DNA from: an uncultured Erysipelotrichaceae bacterium
Lineage (GTDB): Bacteria > Bacillota_I > Bacilli_A > RF39 > UBA660
Length of the DNA: 64,000 bases
Direction: 5' to 3'
Assembly: GCA_902798815.1 (NCBI GenBank)
Contig: CADBYH010000001.1
Span: 5,554 to 69,553, forward strand
The notes beneath the pieces were generated by a model that ran no database searches, was not told where the DNA came from, and worked only from the letters and a program-made list of their open reading frames with translations. Made by a program: the position numbers and the translations under genes. This document shows positions 36,262 to 45,572 of the stretch, piece by piece. Position 1 is the stretch's first letter. The number at the start of each line of letters is the position of its first letter.

Positions 36262-39159
36262 ATGGAGAATGTAAAAGGAATAAGTTCATTAAATGCAAAT
36301 GATTTTGATAAAATGCAAGAAGTATATGTAGAATTGTGTTCATTAAGATTAAAATTAACTGAAGTTGCTAATAAAGATGAAAGAGAAGAAATTCTAAAAA
36401 AGATAGCAGATTATGAAACAAAATATAATGATGTTGTAGAAAATTTTAGTGAAAAGTATGGATTGTTTGAACAAGAAATTATTAAATATACAGAAATGAT
36501 AACAGAAAAAGAAAAACAATTATTAGTTAATATTTCAAAGTATGAAACAATTTATAATGAAATGAAAAGATTAAAAGAAACTCAAGCAAATAAGTTATCA
36601 GATCCATCAATTACCACAAAAGAAAAAGAACAAATAACAAGAGATTTTGAAAAACAAATACAGGAAAAAACACAAGAATTAAATAAAATAAATATCTCAA
36701 TCTCTGTATTAAGGAAAGAATTAAATTCACTAGTTAAAAATAGAAATAAATCCCAAAAAGATTTAGATGCAGCAATTTCATTAGGATTAACTGCACCTGA
36801 ATATAGAGAGTTTACATCTACTACTAATAGTAGAAATCTTATGAATTCAATACTAGAAAAAAAAGGATTAAAAGAAATTTTAGATATAAAATATTCTGAT
36901 AGAACAAAAGAACAAAGAGATATTCTAGCAGCAGCAAGATTAGAAGTAAAACAAGAAATCGCAGAAGCTATGAAAAGTCTAAGAGCAACGGATGAATCAA
37001 TATCAGTTGAAGATTTGATAGATGTTTTATATTTTGATGATGAAAAAGTTGTTGAACAACAAATGGGAAAAGTACTAGTAATATCTCAAAAAGATATTAT
37101 TGTATTACGAGAAAGAGTAAAAACAGCAACAGTACAAAAAGTAAAAAAGAAAACAACTGGTAATAATCCAACTAAGACACCACAACCAGGACCGAGTGAT
37201 ATGCAATCAACTACAGGAATAACTCCTACACCTAGTGCAACATCAACTCCAACATCTACACCTAGTGGAACTCCAACTCCAACACCATCAATGACACCAA
37301 CACCAAGTGTGTCAATAACTCCAAGTGTAACTCCTTCGATGACACCAACACCTAGTGCTGTTTCAACACCAACTCCGACACCATCAATGACACCTAGTGT
37401 AACACCATCATCAAAAGCTGCAAAAATGGTAACAATTTATTTATCAGATGATGATAAATATTATGTAAAGAAATCAGTTATTGATAAATTTGGACTTGTA
37501 CCAACAGATAGTACTGAATATATAATTGATAAAGAAATCTGTTATATGGTTGATGATGATGTTATGGAAAAAATCAATGAAGCAAGAACAAATAGTCCAT
37601 CATCATTTGTAATATTAACAGAGGTAAAACCAAAAGAAGAAATTATTAGAAAACAAAGAACACAAGATGTGCTAGATGAAATTGAAATATTTAATGATCC
37701 TGTATCAGGAAAATTATATGTTCTAAAAGATATTGCTGATAGATTTAATATCGACAGTGCTAGTATAGAAAAAGTAGATGATGTAGAATATTATGAAATA
37801 AGTGAAAAAGATGCCAAATTTATTGAAAACAACGCAAATAATTCATATTCACCATACAAAGTAAGTAAGAAGGAAATAAATATAGAAAAGCAAATGACTG
37901 AATCAATAATGGTTTTCAAAGCATTAAATGATGAAGGAAATATATACTTACCTGCAAGTGTTATAAATAAATTTGGTTTAGAAAAAGATGGAGAAAAAAC
38001 TTCAATAGGAAGATATGAATGCTATAGAGTATCTCCAGAAGAATATGCTAAATTTGTAGAAAAGGCATCAAAAAGTAAAAATCCTAAGATAGATTTAAAT
38101 ATAATTGATGTTAATTTAAAACAAATTAAGCAACATCAAGAACCAACATTAGATGAAGTACTTAATAAATTAACTACGAATGTAAACATTTCTGAATCAG
38201 ATAAAGATAAGTTAGTTGCAAGTAACTTAAAAGTTGCAAAGAGTTTTAGAGAAGAATTAAGATCTCATTCATTAGGATATAATATAATTCATATAATACC
38301 AATGGCAATAAGAGCTGCAAAAAGATTCCTTAAGAAAATATCATCAAAAATTACACTAAGTATGCAAGGAAAAGCAGCAACAAGAGAAATAGATGATAGA
38401 CTACATGGAAATTCTAGGGATGTATCAAAAAATATTACAAATGAAGAATTAGAAGTATTATTTAAAAATTATAAAGATGGTCCTCCAAATAATAGTTATC
38501 TTAATCCAATAATAACTAATAGATTAAGAGAATATGGTGTTCAAAAGTTAATGAAGCTAAATGGAGAAATAAAAGCTTTATATCAAATACTTGCAGAGGT
38601 TACTGATAATATCTTCGCAGTTCAAAGACTTATTGCAAACTCTAAACCTGAAAATAGAAAAGTATTTGAAGAAAAATTGAATGAACTATATAAACGTAGC
38701 GCAACATGTATCAGATCAATTGTTCGTAAAAGAGAAGAAGCACATGAAATTATTAATTGTAATATAGAGGGTATTAAAGCAGATTATAAACGTCTAGAGT
38801 TTAATACAATAACATATATTAATCCATTAAAGATGGATACAAGAACATTGGATCCAGATTTACAAAATAGATTAAGAACTAATGGTCAAAGAGTAACAGA
38901 GGCACTTAATAAAGATAATGATAGAGAATTATCAAATAGCTTTATGCAATTAGAAAGATGTTATAGTGAGGCAGCAACTAAAACATTCTTTAGACAAAAC
39001 CCACAACAAATGAATCAACAAAGAGTGAACCCGCAACAAAGAGTAAATCCTCAACGACGTCAACCGATGCCTAATAATCGTGCAGAGGTATCTCAAATGA
39101 TGGATGAATACACATTTGTAGAGCCACAAGAACAAGCTCAAACACAATTTATTGCTTAA
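36262..39159 (+). CDS. large multi-domain hypothetical protein (965 aa)
   Basis: No signal peptide. An N-terminal region of about 300 aa is Glu/Lys-rich and looks like coiled coil. A Pro/Thr/Ser linker follows, then three copies of an approximately 65-aa module (YYVKKSVIDKFGL / LYVLKDIADRFNI / IYLPASVINKFGL). The protein ends with a helical region and a Gln/Pro/Asn-rich tail. Confidence 0.6.
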   Translation: MENVKGISSLNANDFDKMQEVYVELCSLRLKLTEVANKDEREEILKKIADYETKYNDVVENFSEKYGLFEQEIIKYTEMITEKEKQLLVNISKYETIYNEMKRLKETQANKLSDPSITTKEKEQITRDFEKQIQEKTQELNKINISISVLRKELNSLVKNRNKSQKDLDAAISLGLTAPEYREFTSTTNSRNLMNSILEKKGLKEILDIKYSDRTKEQRDILAAARLEVKQEIAEAMKSLRATDESISVEDLIDVLYFDDEKVVEQQMGKVLVISQKDIIVLRERVKTATVQKVKKKTTGNNPTKTPQPGPSDMQSTTGITPTPSATSTPTSTPSGTPTPTPSMTPTPSVSITPSVTPSMTPTPSAVSTPTPTPSMTPSVTPSSKAAKMVTIYLSDDDKYYVKKSVIDKFGLVPTDSTEYIIDKEICYMVDDDVMEKINEARTNSPSSFVILTEVKPKEEIIRKQRTQDVLDEIEIFNDPVSGKLYVLKDIADRFNIDSASIEKVDDVEYYEISEKDAKFIENNANNSYSPYKVSKKEINIEKQMTESIMVFKALNDEGNIYLPASVINKFGLEKDGEKTSIGRYECYRVSPEEYAKFVEKASKSKNPKIDLNIIDVNLKQIKQHQEPTLDEVLNKLTTNVNISESDKDKLVASNLKVAKSFREELRSHSLGYNIIHIIPMAIRAAKRFLKKISSKITLSMQGKAATREIDDRLHGNSRDVSKNITNEELEVLFKNYKDGPPNNSYLNPIITNRLREYGVQKLMKLNGEIKALYQILAEVTDNIFAVQRLIANSKPENRKVFEEKLNELYKRSATCIRSIVRKREEAHEIINCNIEGIKADYKRLEFNTITYINPLKMDTRTLDPDLQNRLRTNGQRVTEALNKDNDRELSNSFMQLERCYSEAATKTFFRQNPQQMNQQRVNPQQRVNPQRRQPMPNNRAEVSQMMDEYTFVEPQEQAQTQFIA
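37165..37412 (+). repeat. Pro/Thr/Ser-rich low-complexity coding repeat inside the 965-aa ORF
   Basis: Encodes TPTPSATSTPTSTPSGTPTPTPSMTPTPSVSITPSVTPSMTPTPSAVSTPTPTPSMTPSVTPS. Degenerate ACWCCWAGT/ACACCAACA units make this stretch visibly more GC-rich than its surroundings. Confidence 0.8.
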
Positions 39160-39162
39160 AAC

Positions 39163-39191
39163 AAAAATATGTCCTTATAGACATATTTTTT
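39163..39191 (+). terminator. Rho-independent terminator after the 965-aa ORF
   Basis: Perfect 11-bp stem AAAAATATGTC / GACATATTTTT with a 6-nt loop and a T-run. Confidence 0.8.
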
Positions 39192-39193
39192 CT

Positions 39194-39220
39194 TGCATTT
39201 AAAAAAAAGTATGATATAAT
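39194..39220 (+). promoter_or_regulatory. extended -10 promoter for the ABC transporter operon
   Basis: TGATATAAT at 39212-39220 (TG-n-TATAAT), with a TTGCAT-like -35 at 39194-39199. The spacer is shorter than ideal. Confidence 0.45.
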
Positions 39221-39245
39221 GGTTTTGACGTTTTTGCAATTAAGT

Positions 39246-39289
39246 CAGATACTTGCTATGCCCGGCATACAGAAGTATGTGGCTTTTTT
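39246..39289 (+). promoter_or_regulatory. leader hairpin plus U-tract (possible attenuator) in the 5-prime UTR of the ABC operon
   Basis: Imperfect long hairpin CAGATACTTGCTATGCC / GGCATACAGAAGTATGTG followed by GCTTTTTT. It lies between the promoter and RBS GGAAAGGAG and is locally GC-rich. Confidence 0.35.
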
Positions 39290-39315
39290 GCGTTGGAAAG
39301 GAGTGTGAATTAAAA

Positions 39316-40296
39316 ATGTCATTCATCGAGGTAAGACAGATATCTAAAACCTTCAAACTTGCTAAAAAGAAAAGCGGTTTGAAAGAAGCTATTAAGTCAT
39401 TCTTTAAAAGAGAATACATCTATGTAGAAGCAGTTAAAGATATTTCTTTTTCAATCGAAAAAGGAGAAATAGTAGGATACATTGGTCCCAATGGAGCAGG
39501 AAAATCCACTACAATAAAAATTCTAAGTGGCATTCTAAATCCAGATAAAGGAAAATGTATCATCGATAAAATGGTTCCTTGGGAAGATCGAAAAAGATTT
39601 GTCAAAAAAATAGGAGTTGTCTTTGGACAAAGATCTCAACTATGGTGGGATATTCCAACAGAAGATACTTTTCTCTTACTAAAAGATATCTATGATATTC
39701 CTGAAGAAGAATATCAAAAAACAAAAGAAGATTTAGTAGAAAAATTAAATTTAAAAGATATCATAAACATTCCGGTCAGACAATTAAGTCTTGGTCAGCG
39801 AATGCGCTGTGAAATTGCGGCATCATTATTACATAATCCAGAAATATTATTTTTAGATGAACCAACAATAGGATTAGATGCTGTATCAAAACAACTAGTT
39901 CGTGACTTTATAAAAAGACTTAATAAAGAAAAACAAACAACAATAATTTTAACAAGTCATGACACATCAGATTTAGAAACACTTGCTAAAAGAATCATAT
40001 TAATTGGAAAAGGACAAGTACTATATGATGGTAGTCTAAAGAAATTAAAAAATAAGTATGAAACAGAAAGAATAGTATCAATAAAAACAAAAGAAAAATT
40101 AGAAATAAGAAACAAAGGTATTAAAAGTAAAAAGAAGAATGGTGAAGGTTATGATATAGTTATAGATACAAAAGTAATAACTATTTCAGAATTATTAAAC
40201 ATTATTTCTAAAAAGATAGTAATAGAAGATATAGAAATTGATAATGAAAGTCTAGATAATATTATTGTTAAAATATATAAGGACTATAAAATTTGA
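39316..40296 (+). CDS. ABC transporter ATP-binding protein
   Basis: Walker A GPNGAGKST, signature LSLGQRMR, Walker B ILFLDEPT. ATG at 39316 after RBS AAAGGAG; the track start at 39253 is a TTG inside the leader hairpin. Confidence 0.9.
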   Translation: MSFIEVRQISKTFKLAKKKSGLKEAIKSFFKREYIYVEAVKDISFSIEKGEIVGYIGPNGAGKSTTIKILSGILNPDKGKCIIDKMVPWEDRKRFVKKIGVVFGQRSQLWWDIPTEDTFLLLKDIYDIPEEEYQKTKEDLVEKLNLKDIINIPVRQLSLGQRMRCEIAASLLHNPEILFLDEPTIGLDAVSKQLVRDFIKRLNKEKQTTIILTSHDTSDLETLAKRIILIGKGQVLYDGSLKKLKNKYETERIVSIKTKEKLEIRNKGIKSKKKNGEGYDIVIDTKVITISELLNIISKKIVIEDIEIDNESLDNIIVKIYKDYKI

Positions 40297-41096
40297 AAGC
40301 CTATTATACATATTTTAAATTAAAGTTCATAACAGGACTTCAATATAGAAGTGCAGCAATCGCAGGAATTTCAACTCAATTCTTTTTTGGATTTGTATAT
40401 ATAATGGTTTTTTATGCTTTTTATGAGTCAGGATCTGGATCTCTTCCAATGGAAATAAGTGCCTTATCAACATATTTATGGTTAAATCAATCATTATTTG
40501 CCTTAATAAATCAATTCTATAGAGATCCTGAATTATTTGATTTAATAAAAACAGGTAATATTAGTTATGAAATATCAAGACCTAAAAATCTATATTTAAT
40601 GTGGTATTTTAAATTATTAGGACAAAGATTATCAAATGTAGTATTGAGATTTTTCCCAATAATTATAATAACCTCATTATTACCAAAACCACTTAATTTT
40701 ACACTTCCTGTATCACCACAAGCATTTATACTATTTTTAGTTGCGCTATCTATAGGAACACTATTAGTAGTGTCATTATCAGTTTTATATCCAATAATTG
40801 CATTACTTACAATGAATGAAAAAGGAATAGTTAATATTTTCGCAGTAGTTGCTGATTTATTATCTGGAGTAGTTATACCAATCCCATTCTTCCCACCAAT
40901 ACTTAAAATGATTTCAAGAGTATTACCATTCCAATATATAAGTGATTTATCATTTAGAATATATGTAGGAGATATAAGTATTCAAAATGGTATTTATGGA
41001 ATATTTATTCAATTAATATGGTTATTCATAACAATCACCATTGGTTATTCAATAATGAGACATAATATTAAAAGAGTAGTTGTACAAGGAGGATAA
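40293..41096 (+). CDS. ABC-2 family transporter permease
   Basis: Six-TM protein directly coupled to the ATPase: its TTG start overlaps the TGA stop. Layout is typical of ABC-2 (DUF990-like) permease pairs. Confidence 0.65.
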   Translation: MKAYYTYFKLKFITGLQYRSAAIAGISTQFFFGFVYIMVFYAFYESGSGSLPMEISALSTYLWLNQSLFALINQFYRDPELFDLIKTGNISYEISRPKNLYLMWYFKLLGQRLSNVVLRFFPIIIITSLLPKPLNFTLPVSPQAFILFLVALSIGTLLVVSLSVLYPIIALLTMNEKGIVNIFAVVADLLSGVVIPIPFFPPILKMISRVLPFQYISDLSFRIYVGDISIQNGIYGIFIQLIWLFITITIGYSIMRHNIKRVVVQGG

Positions 41097-41873
41097 ATGA
41101 AGTACTATATAAACGCTTTAGGTATGCACTTAAAGAGTGAATTAGAATATAGAACTTCTTTCATATTTTCGTTTTTCTCTCAAATAATAGTATTCTTCTC
41201 GTATTATTTTGTAATAATATCTTTATTTAGTAAATTTGATAATATTAAAGGATTTACAATGTATGAAGTATTATTATGCTTTGCAGTAATACAATTTGGT
41301 TTTGCATTTAATGAAGTGTTCGCAAGAGGATTAGATAAATTTGATAGTTTAATAGTACATGGAACATTTGATAGAGTATTATTAAGACCAAGAAATATAA
41401 TAATTCAAGTATTATATAATGAAAGTGATTTTGTAAAATCATCAAGATTAATTCAATCAATAATTATTTTAATAATTGCAGTAATAAAACTAAAGATTAA
41501 ATGGAGCATATTAAAAATAATTTGTTTACTATTAATGTTAATATCAGCAGTAGTTATATTCTTTAGTATTTTCCTTCTAGCAGCAAGTTATTGTTTCATA
41601 ACAGTACAAGGTTTAGAAGTAAGAAGTGTTTTTACAGACGGTGGTAAACATATGGCTCAATATCCAATAGGAATTTTTAATAAAGGATTTATTTTCTTCT
41701 TTACATTTATAATTCCATATGCTTTTGTTAATTATTATCCATTATTATATTTCATAGGTAAAAGCAATAAAGTTTATTACGCATTCTCTCCATTACTGTT
41801 ATTTATATATGTAATACCATGTATTTTGATATTCTACTTAGGAGTAAAAAAATATGAAAGTGCAGGTTCTTAA
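41097..41873 (+). CDS. ABC-2 family transporter permease (second subunit)
   Basis: Six-TM protein. RBS GGAGGA. It begins immediately after the stop codon of the upstream permease. Confidence 0.65.
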   Translation: MKYYINALGMHLKSELEYRTSFIFSFFSQIIVFFSYYFVIISLFSKFDNIKGFTMYEVLLCFAVIQFGFAFNEVFARGLDKFDSLIVHGTFDRVLLRPRNIIIQVLYNESDFVKSSRLIQSIIILIIAVIKLKIKWSILKIICLLLMLISAVVIFFSIFLLAASYCFITVQGLEVRSVFTDGGKHMAQYPIGIFNKGFIFFFTFIIPYAFVNYYPLLYFIGKSNKVYYAFSPLLLFIYVIPCILIFYLGVKKYESAGS

Positions 41874-41899
41874 AAAGCAAGGCAAAACCTTGCTTTTTT
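41873..41899 (+). terminator. Rho-independent terminator after the ABC operon
   Basis: Stem AAAGCAAGG / CCTTGCTTT with loop CAAAA, followed by a T-run. Confidence 0.8.
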
Positions 41900-42069
41900 A
41901 ATTTGGAAGAAGGTATAAATGCATGTAAATAAAATGTAAAATATATAAGTAAACTATATGTAAATTTACATTTTTTTAATTATTACTTCAAAAGCCTTTT
42001 TATCTATAGTAAAATATAAGTATGATAGGGAAATCCTAGCCTTATTAAAAATGAAAGGAGTTATGCAGT

Positions 42070-43995
42070 ATGATAAGAAGAAAAATTCGTAGATATCGTA
42101 GACTTTTCATATTGATTATTATAACTTTTATTACTGCAGTAACTCTTGCAGTAGAAACATATGCTTGGTTTGTTGGTCTTTCAACCGCATCAACAAATGA
42201 ATTCACAATTTCAATTTCATCTCCTGATGGACTTGAATTATCTCTTAATGGTTCTTATTGGACAAATGGTAATTCACCATTATTAATAAAAGATACAAAT
42301 CATACCTATATAACAGAAACAGGATGTAGTAATGCTAATTGTGCATATAGTGGAAATACAAATAGATATCCAACATCCTTAGTTCCTGTATCAACCATAG
42401 GTGAAATAGATACAACAACAAGTAAATTAAAACTCTTTGAAGAATCAAGTTTATCTGCTAATGAAGGAGGATATTATGTTAGATCATCTCAAGTATCTAA
42501 TTCATCAACAGAAGAAAATAAATATGTAGCATTTGACCTATTTATAAGAAATGGAAAAAGATCAGGTTATAATGGAACATATAATATGAATGAAGAAGAG
42601 GATGTTTACCTATCAGCAGATTCATTTGCCACAACTAATATAAGCGGAAACACTCCAGATTATGGAGCTGCAAATTCTTTAAGAGTAGGATTCTTTGAAA
42701 TAGGAAGAGTAGCATCAAGTGGATATACAGCATCAGATATCACAGGAGCAACATGTACATCAACAAATTCAAATGTAACAAAACTATGTACAGGATCATC
42801 AAATATGATAAAAACAGGAACAACACTATATACAAATGATGAATTACAAGCAAGTACATGGAATATTTGGGAACCAAACCATGCATCCCATACAACAAAT
42901 TTAGTAAACTATTATAATGCATCATGTAGAGGAAGAGCTACTGCAACAGCATATTCAGCACAATGTTCGCAATTAGATACAGGATCAAGCAAAAAAACAT
43001 ATGGAATGAAAAGTGCAATCAATGTAAGTACAGTAAATGTATATGATGGAGATGATATAAATGGATATACAGCATCATCAACATATTTAAGTGAAGTAAA
43101 AACATATAAGACATCGGATGCAACCACAACAAGTGAAGCAAAACAACCAATTCTAAAACTAGCAGGAAACTCAATTACAAAAGTAAGAGTATATATTTGG
43201 TTAGAAGGACAAGATATAGATAATTATGATATTATTTCTAAAAACCCATCAGTAAAAGTAAAATTTGGATTAACAAAAGATAGATATGGAGTAGATGATA
43301 CAAATAATACATCAATAAATACAAGGACATCATCATTCCAAGATGATTCATGGGCAAAGATAAAATCAAATGTTCAAAATAACAATACAACTCAATATAA
43401 TGTTGGAGATATGAAAACAATAAGAATAAATGGTAATGAATATAGATTAAGATTGGTAAATAAAACATCACCAGTAGATCCATGTCATATTACTTCAAAA
43501 TCACAAACAGCATGTGGATTTGTAGTAGAGTTTGTAGATATCGTAGAAAATAGAAGAATGAATTCAACAAATACAAATGTGGGTGGATGGCCTGCAACGG
43601 AATTATATACATATCTACAAGGAACATTCTATAATAACCTACCAAGTGATTTGAAATCGGCAATAGTTAATACTAGAGTAATATCAGGGTATGGATCAGG
43701 TGACTCATCAAACTTTACAACAACAGATAAATTATATTTATTGTCAAACAAAGAATTGTCTGTATCTGAAGATTATGAGTCATCAGTAAGTGAAACAAGA
43801 ACTTTGGATTATTATGTGGATAAGTCAGCGACTGATAAAACTAAAAAAAATAATCCATATTGGTTACGTTCGGCCTATCATTATAATAGCTCACATTTTT
43901 ATAGTGTACGATCTGCTGGTGGCATTTATTATGGTTATGATGCTCCTATTACTACTACAAGTCTCGGAGTTGCACCAGCTTTCCGTATTGGATAA
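42070..43995 (+). CDS. secreted/anchored protein with TasA/camelysin-like (SipW-type) N-terminal signal region and a C-terminal DUF6273-like domain
   Basis: N-terminus RRKIRRYRRLFILIIITFITAVTLAVETYAWFVG. Ser/Thr/Asn-rich middle. The C-terminal domain of about 220 aa (DSWAKIKSNV...ACGFVVEF...WLRS...APAFRI) is shared with ORF 48914-50170. Confidence 0.6.
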   Translation: MIRRKIRRYRRLFILIIITFITAVTLAVETYAWFVGLSTASTNEFTISISSPDGLELSLNGSYWTNGNSPLLIKDTNHTYITETGCSNANCAYSGNTNRYPTSLVPVSTIGEIDTTTSKLKLFEESSLSANEGGYYVRSSQVSNSSTEENKYVAFDLFIRNGKRSGYNGTYNMNEEEDVYLSADSFATTNISGNTPDYGAANSLRVGFFEIGRVASSGYTASDITGATCTSTNSNVTKLCTGSSNMIKTGTTLYTNDELQASTWNIWEPNHASHTTNLVNYYNASCRGRATATAYSAQCSQLDTGSSKKTYGMKSAINVSTVNVYDGDDINGYTASSTYLSEVKTYKTSDATTTSEAKQPILKLAGNSITKVRVYIWLEGQDIDNYDIISKNPSVKVKFGLTKDRYGVDDTNNTSINTRTSSFQDDSWAKIKSNVQNNNTTQYNVGDMKTIRINGNEYRLRLVNKTSPVDPCHITSKSQTACGFVVEFVDIVENRRMNSTNTNVGGWPATELYTYLQGTFYNNLPSDLKSAIVNTRVISGYGSGDSSNFTTTDKLYLLSNKELSVSEDYESSVSETRTLDYYVDKSATDKTKKNNPYWLRSAYHYNSSHFYSVRSAGGIYYGYDAPITTTSLGVAPAFRIG

Positions 43996-44056
43996 TATTG
44001 GTTTTTAAATAAAACATGCTATAACAACCACATATTAATAGAGATAAGAAATATAT

Positions 44057-44572
44057 TTATAATCCATAACTTCTTGTTATCTGATCTATAAATAAATGTG
44101 TTTTAGGAGGATAATAAGTAAGGTGAGTAAATATAATATAACTAATTAATATTAAAGAAATTCCTATTTCCTTTTGGTTAGGAATTTCTTTTTTATTTAA
44201 TAATTTATAACTAACTATTTCAGAAAAAATATAAGTTAAAAACATAATGATTATCGCAATATAAAAATTATGTGGAACAAATATATCTATAATTAAATAA
44301 ATAACTAAATAAAATATAATTCCACAAACTGCAGAAATAGGTATACTAATTATAAAATTATTAGTAGAAATATCTTTCTTCTTATAAATGAAATATTCAA
44401 TTATACTAGATAATAATATACTGGTATAAATTATTTTCATATGTTCCCAAATACTTTCGTTTACAGGAAACATAATACTTGTTATAAAGCAGGGAAATTT
44501 ATCATAAACAAAATGAATTGGAAATGATAAACAAAACATTATTAATATCATTAAAATCTTAATCTTTTTCAT
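44057..44572 (-). CDS. small polytopic membrane protein (possibly DUF6512-like)
   Basis: 171 aa with about 5 TM segments and an ESIWEHMKI motif. Divergent from the LysR operon. Confidence 0.45.
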   Translation of the reverse strand: MKKIKILMILIMFCLSFPIHFVYDKFPCFITSIMFPVNESIWEHMKIIYTSILLSSIIEYFIYKKKDISTNNFIISIPISAVCGIIFYLVIYLIIDIFVPHNFYIAIIIMFLTYIFSEIVSYKLLNKKEIPNQKEIGISLILISYIIFTHLTYYPPKTHLFIDQITRSYGL

Positions 44573-44627
44573 ATTAAAAATATATAAATATTCTAAATAT
44601 AGTATACATAAACTATTTTTATATTAA

Positions 44628-44656
44628 TTGACTTTTATATAAATGTATAATATAAT
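44628..44656 (+). promoter_or_regulatory. near-consensus sigma-A promoter for the LysR / radical-SAM / NADAR-DHH operon
   Basis: TTGACT (44628-44633), a 17-nt spacer, then TATAAT (44651-44656). RBS GAGGGG lies 5-6 nt before the ATG at 44676. Confidence 0.6.
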
Positions 44657-44675
44657 ATGTCGCGAGGGGATAACT

Positions 44676-45569
44676 ATGAATACTGATTATAACTTATATA
44701 AGATATTTCTTTATTTATATGAAGAAAAAAGTATATCGAAAACAGCTAATAAACTATATGTATCACAACCGGCAATTAGTTATAGTTTAAAAGAATTAGA
44801 AAACCAACTAGGATACACATTGTTTTATAGAAATAGTAAAGGAATAGAGCCAACTTTAGAGGCTAAAGAATTATATTCATATATCTCAACTGCCTTTAAT
44901 ATTTTACATGATGCAGAAGAGCATATTAAGAATTTAAATAGTCTAAACATTGGTTGTATAAGAATAGGTACTCCATCACATATCGGAGTATTCTATCTAT
45001 CAAATTATATAGTAGATTTTAGAAAGATATATCCAGGTATTAAATTTGAAATTGTATGTAAATCAACATCAGATTTAGTAGATATGTTAGAAACAAGAAA
45101 ATTAGATATTATAGTTGATACTTTACCAATTAATAGTAAAAAAGAAGTTACTAAGGTTACATTATCAAAATTACAAAACTGTTTTGCATACAATAAAAAC
45201 ATTATGAAAAATGTTGATATTAAAAGTGTTTCTGATTTAAAGAATTATCCATTAATATTACCAAGTGCAACTTCATCAATCAGACTTAAACTTGATGAAT
45301 ATATGGAATCTCAAAATGCAAAATTAATGCCAATTTTAGAGTCTTGGACAACAGAATTGATGGTTGAAATGGTAAGAAAAGGTGTAGGAATTGGATATTT
45401 TATTAAAAACGTTATTGATACTCAAAATGATAAAGAGAATTTTGAAGTAATAACTTTTGATAATGATCTTCCAGCTGTTGATGTATGTTGTGTCTATATT
45501 TCAGACTTCTTAACAACAGCAACAAAAAAATTTGTAGAAATATTAACAAGTGATAAAGTAGGGGAATAG
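44676..45569 (+). CDS. LysR-family transcriptional regulator
   Basis: N-terminal wHTH (LYKIFLYLYEEKSISKTANKLYVSQPAISYSLKELENQLGYTLF) plus a periplasmic-binding-protein-like effector domain. The track start at 44643 would lie inside the promoter. Confidence 0.88.
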   Translation: MNTDYNLYKIFLYLYEEKSISKTANKLYVSQPAISYSLKELENQLGYTLFYRNSKGIEPTLEAKELYSYISTAFNILHDAEEHIKNLNSLNIGCIRIGTPSHIGVFYLSNYIVDFRKIYPGIKFEIVCKSTSDLVDMLETRKLDIIVDTLPINSKKEVTKVTLSKLQNCFAYNKNIMKNVDIKSVSDLKNYPLILPSATSSIRLKLDEYMESQNAKLMPILESWTTELMVEMVRKGVGIGYFIKNVIDTQNDKENFEVITFDNDLPAVDVCCVYISDFLTTATKKFVEILTSDKVGE

Positions 45570-45572
45570 TAT

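Noticed and set aside
37165-37412. The degenerate short DNA repeats in this stretch as a CRISPR-like or minisatellite non-coding element
   Set aside because: The repeats are in frame within the 965-aa ORF and encode a Pro/Thr/Ser linker. There is no spacer/repeat regularity.
33657-39605. ORFs 33657-33860, 34077-34304, 34677-34859, 38950-39147 and 39420-39605 (all minus strand)
   Set aside because: They are antisense shadows within longer + strand ORFs that have RBSs and operon context. None has a motif of its own.
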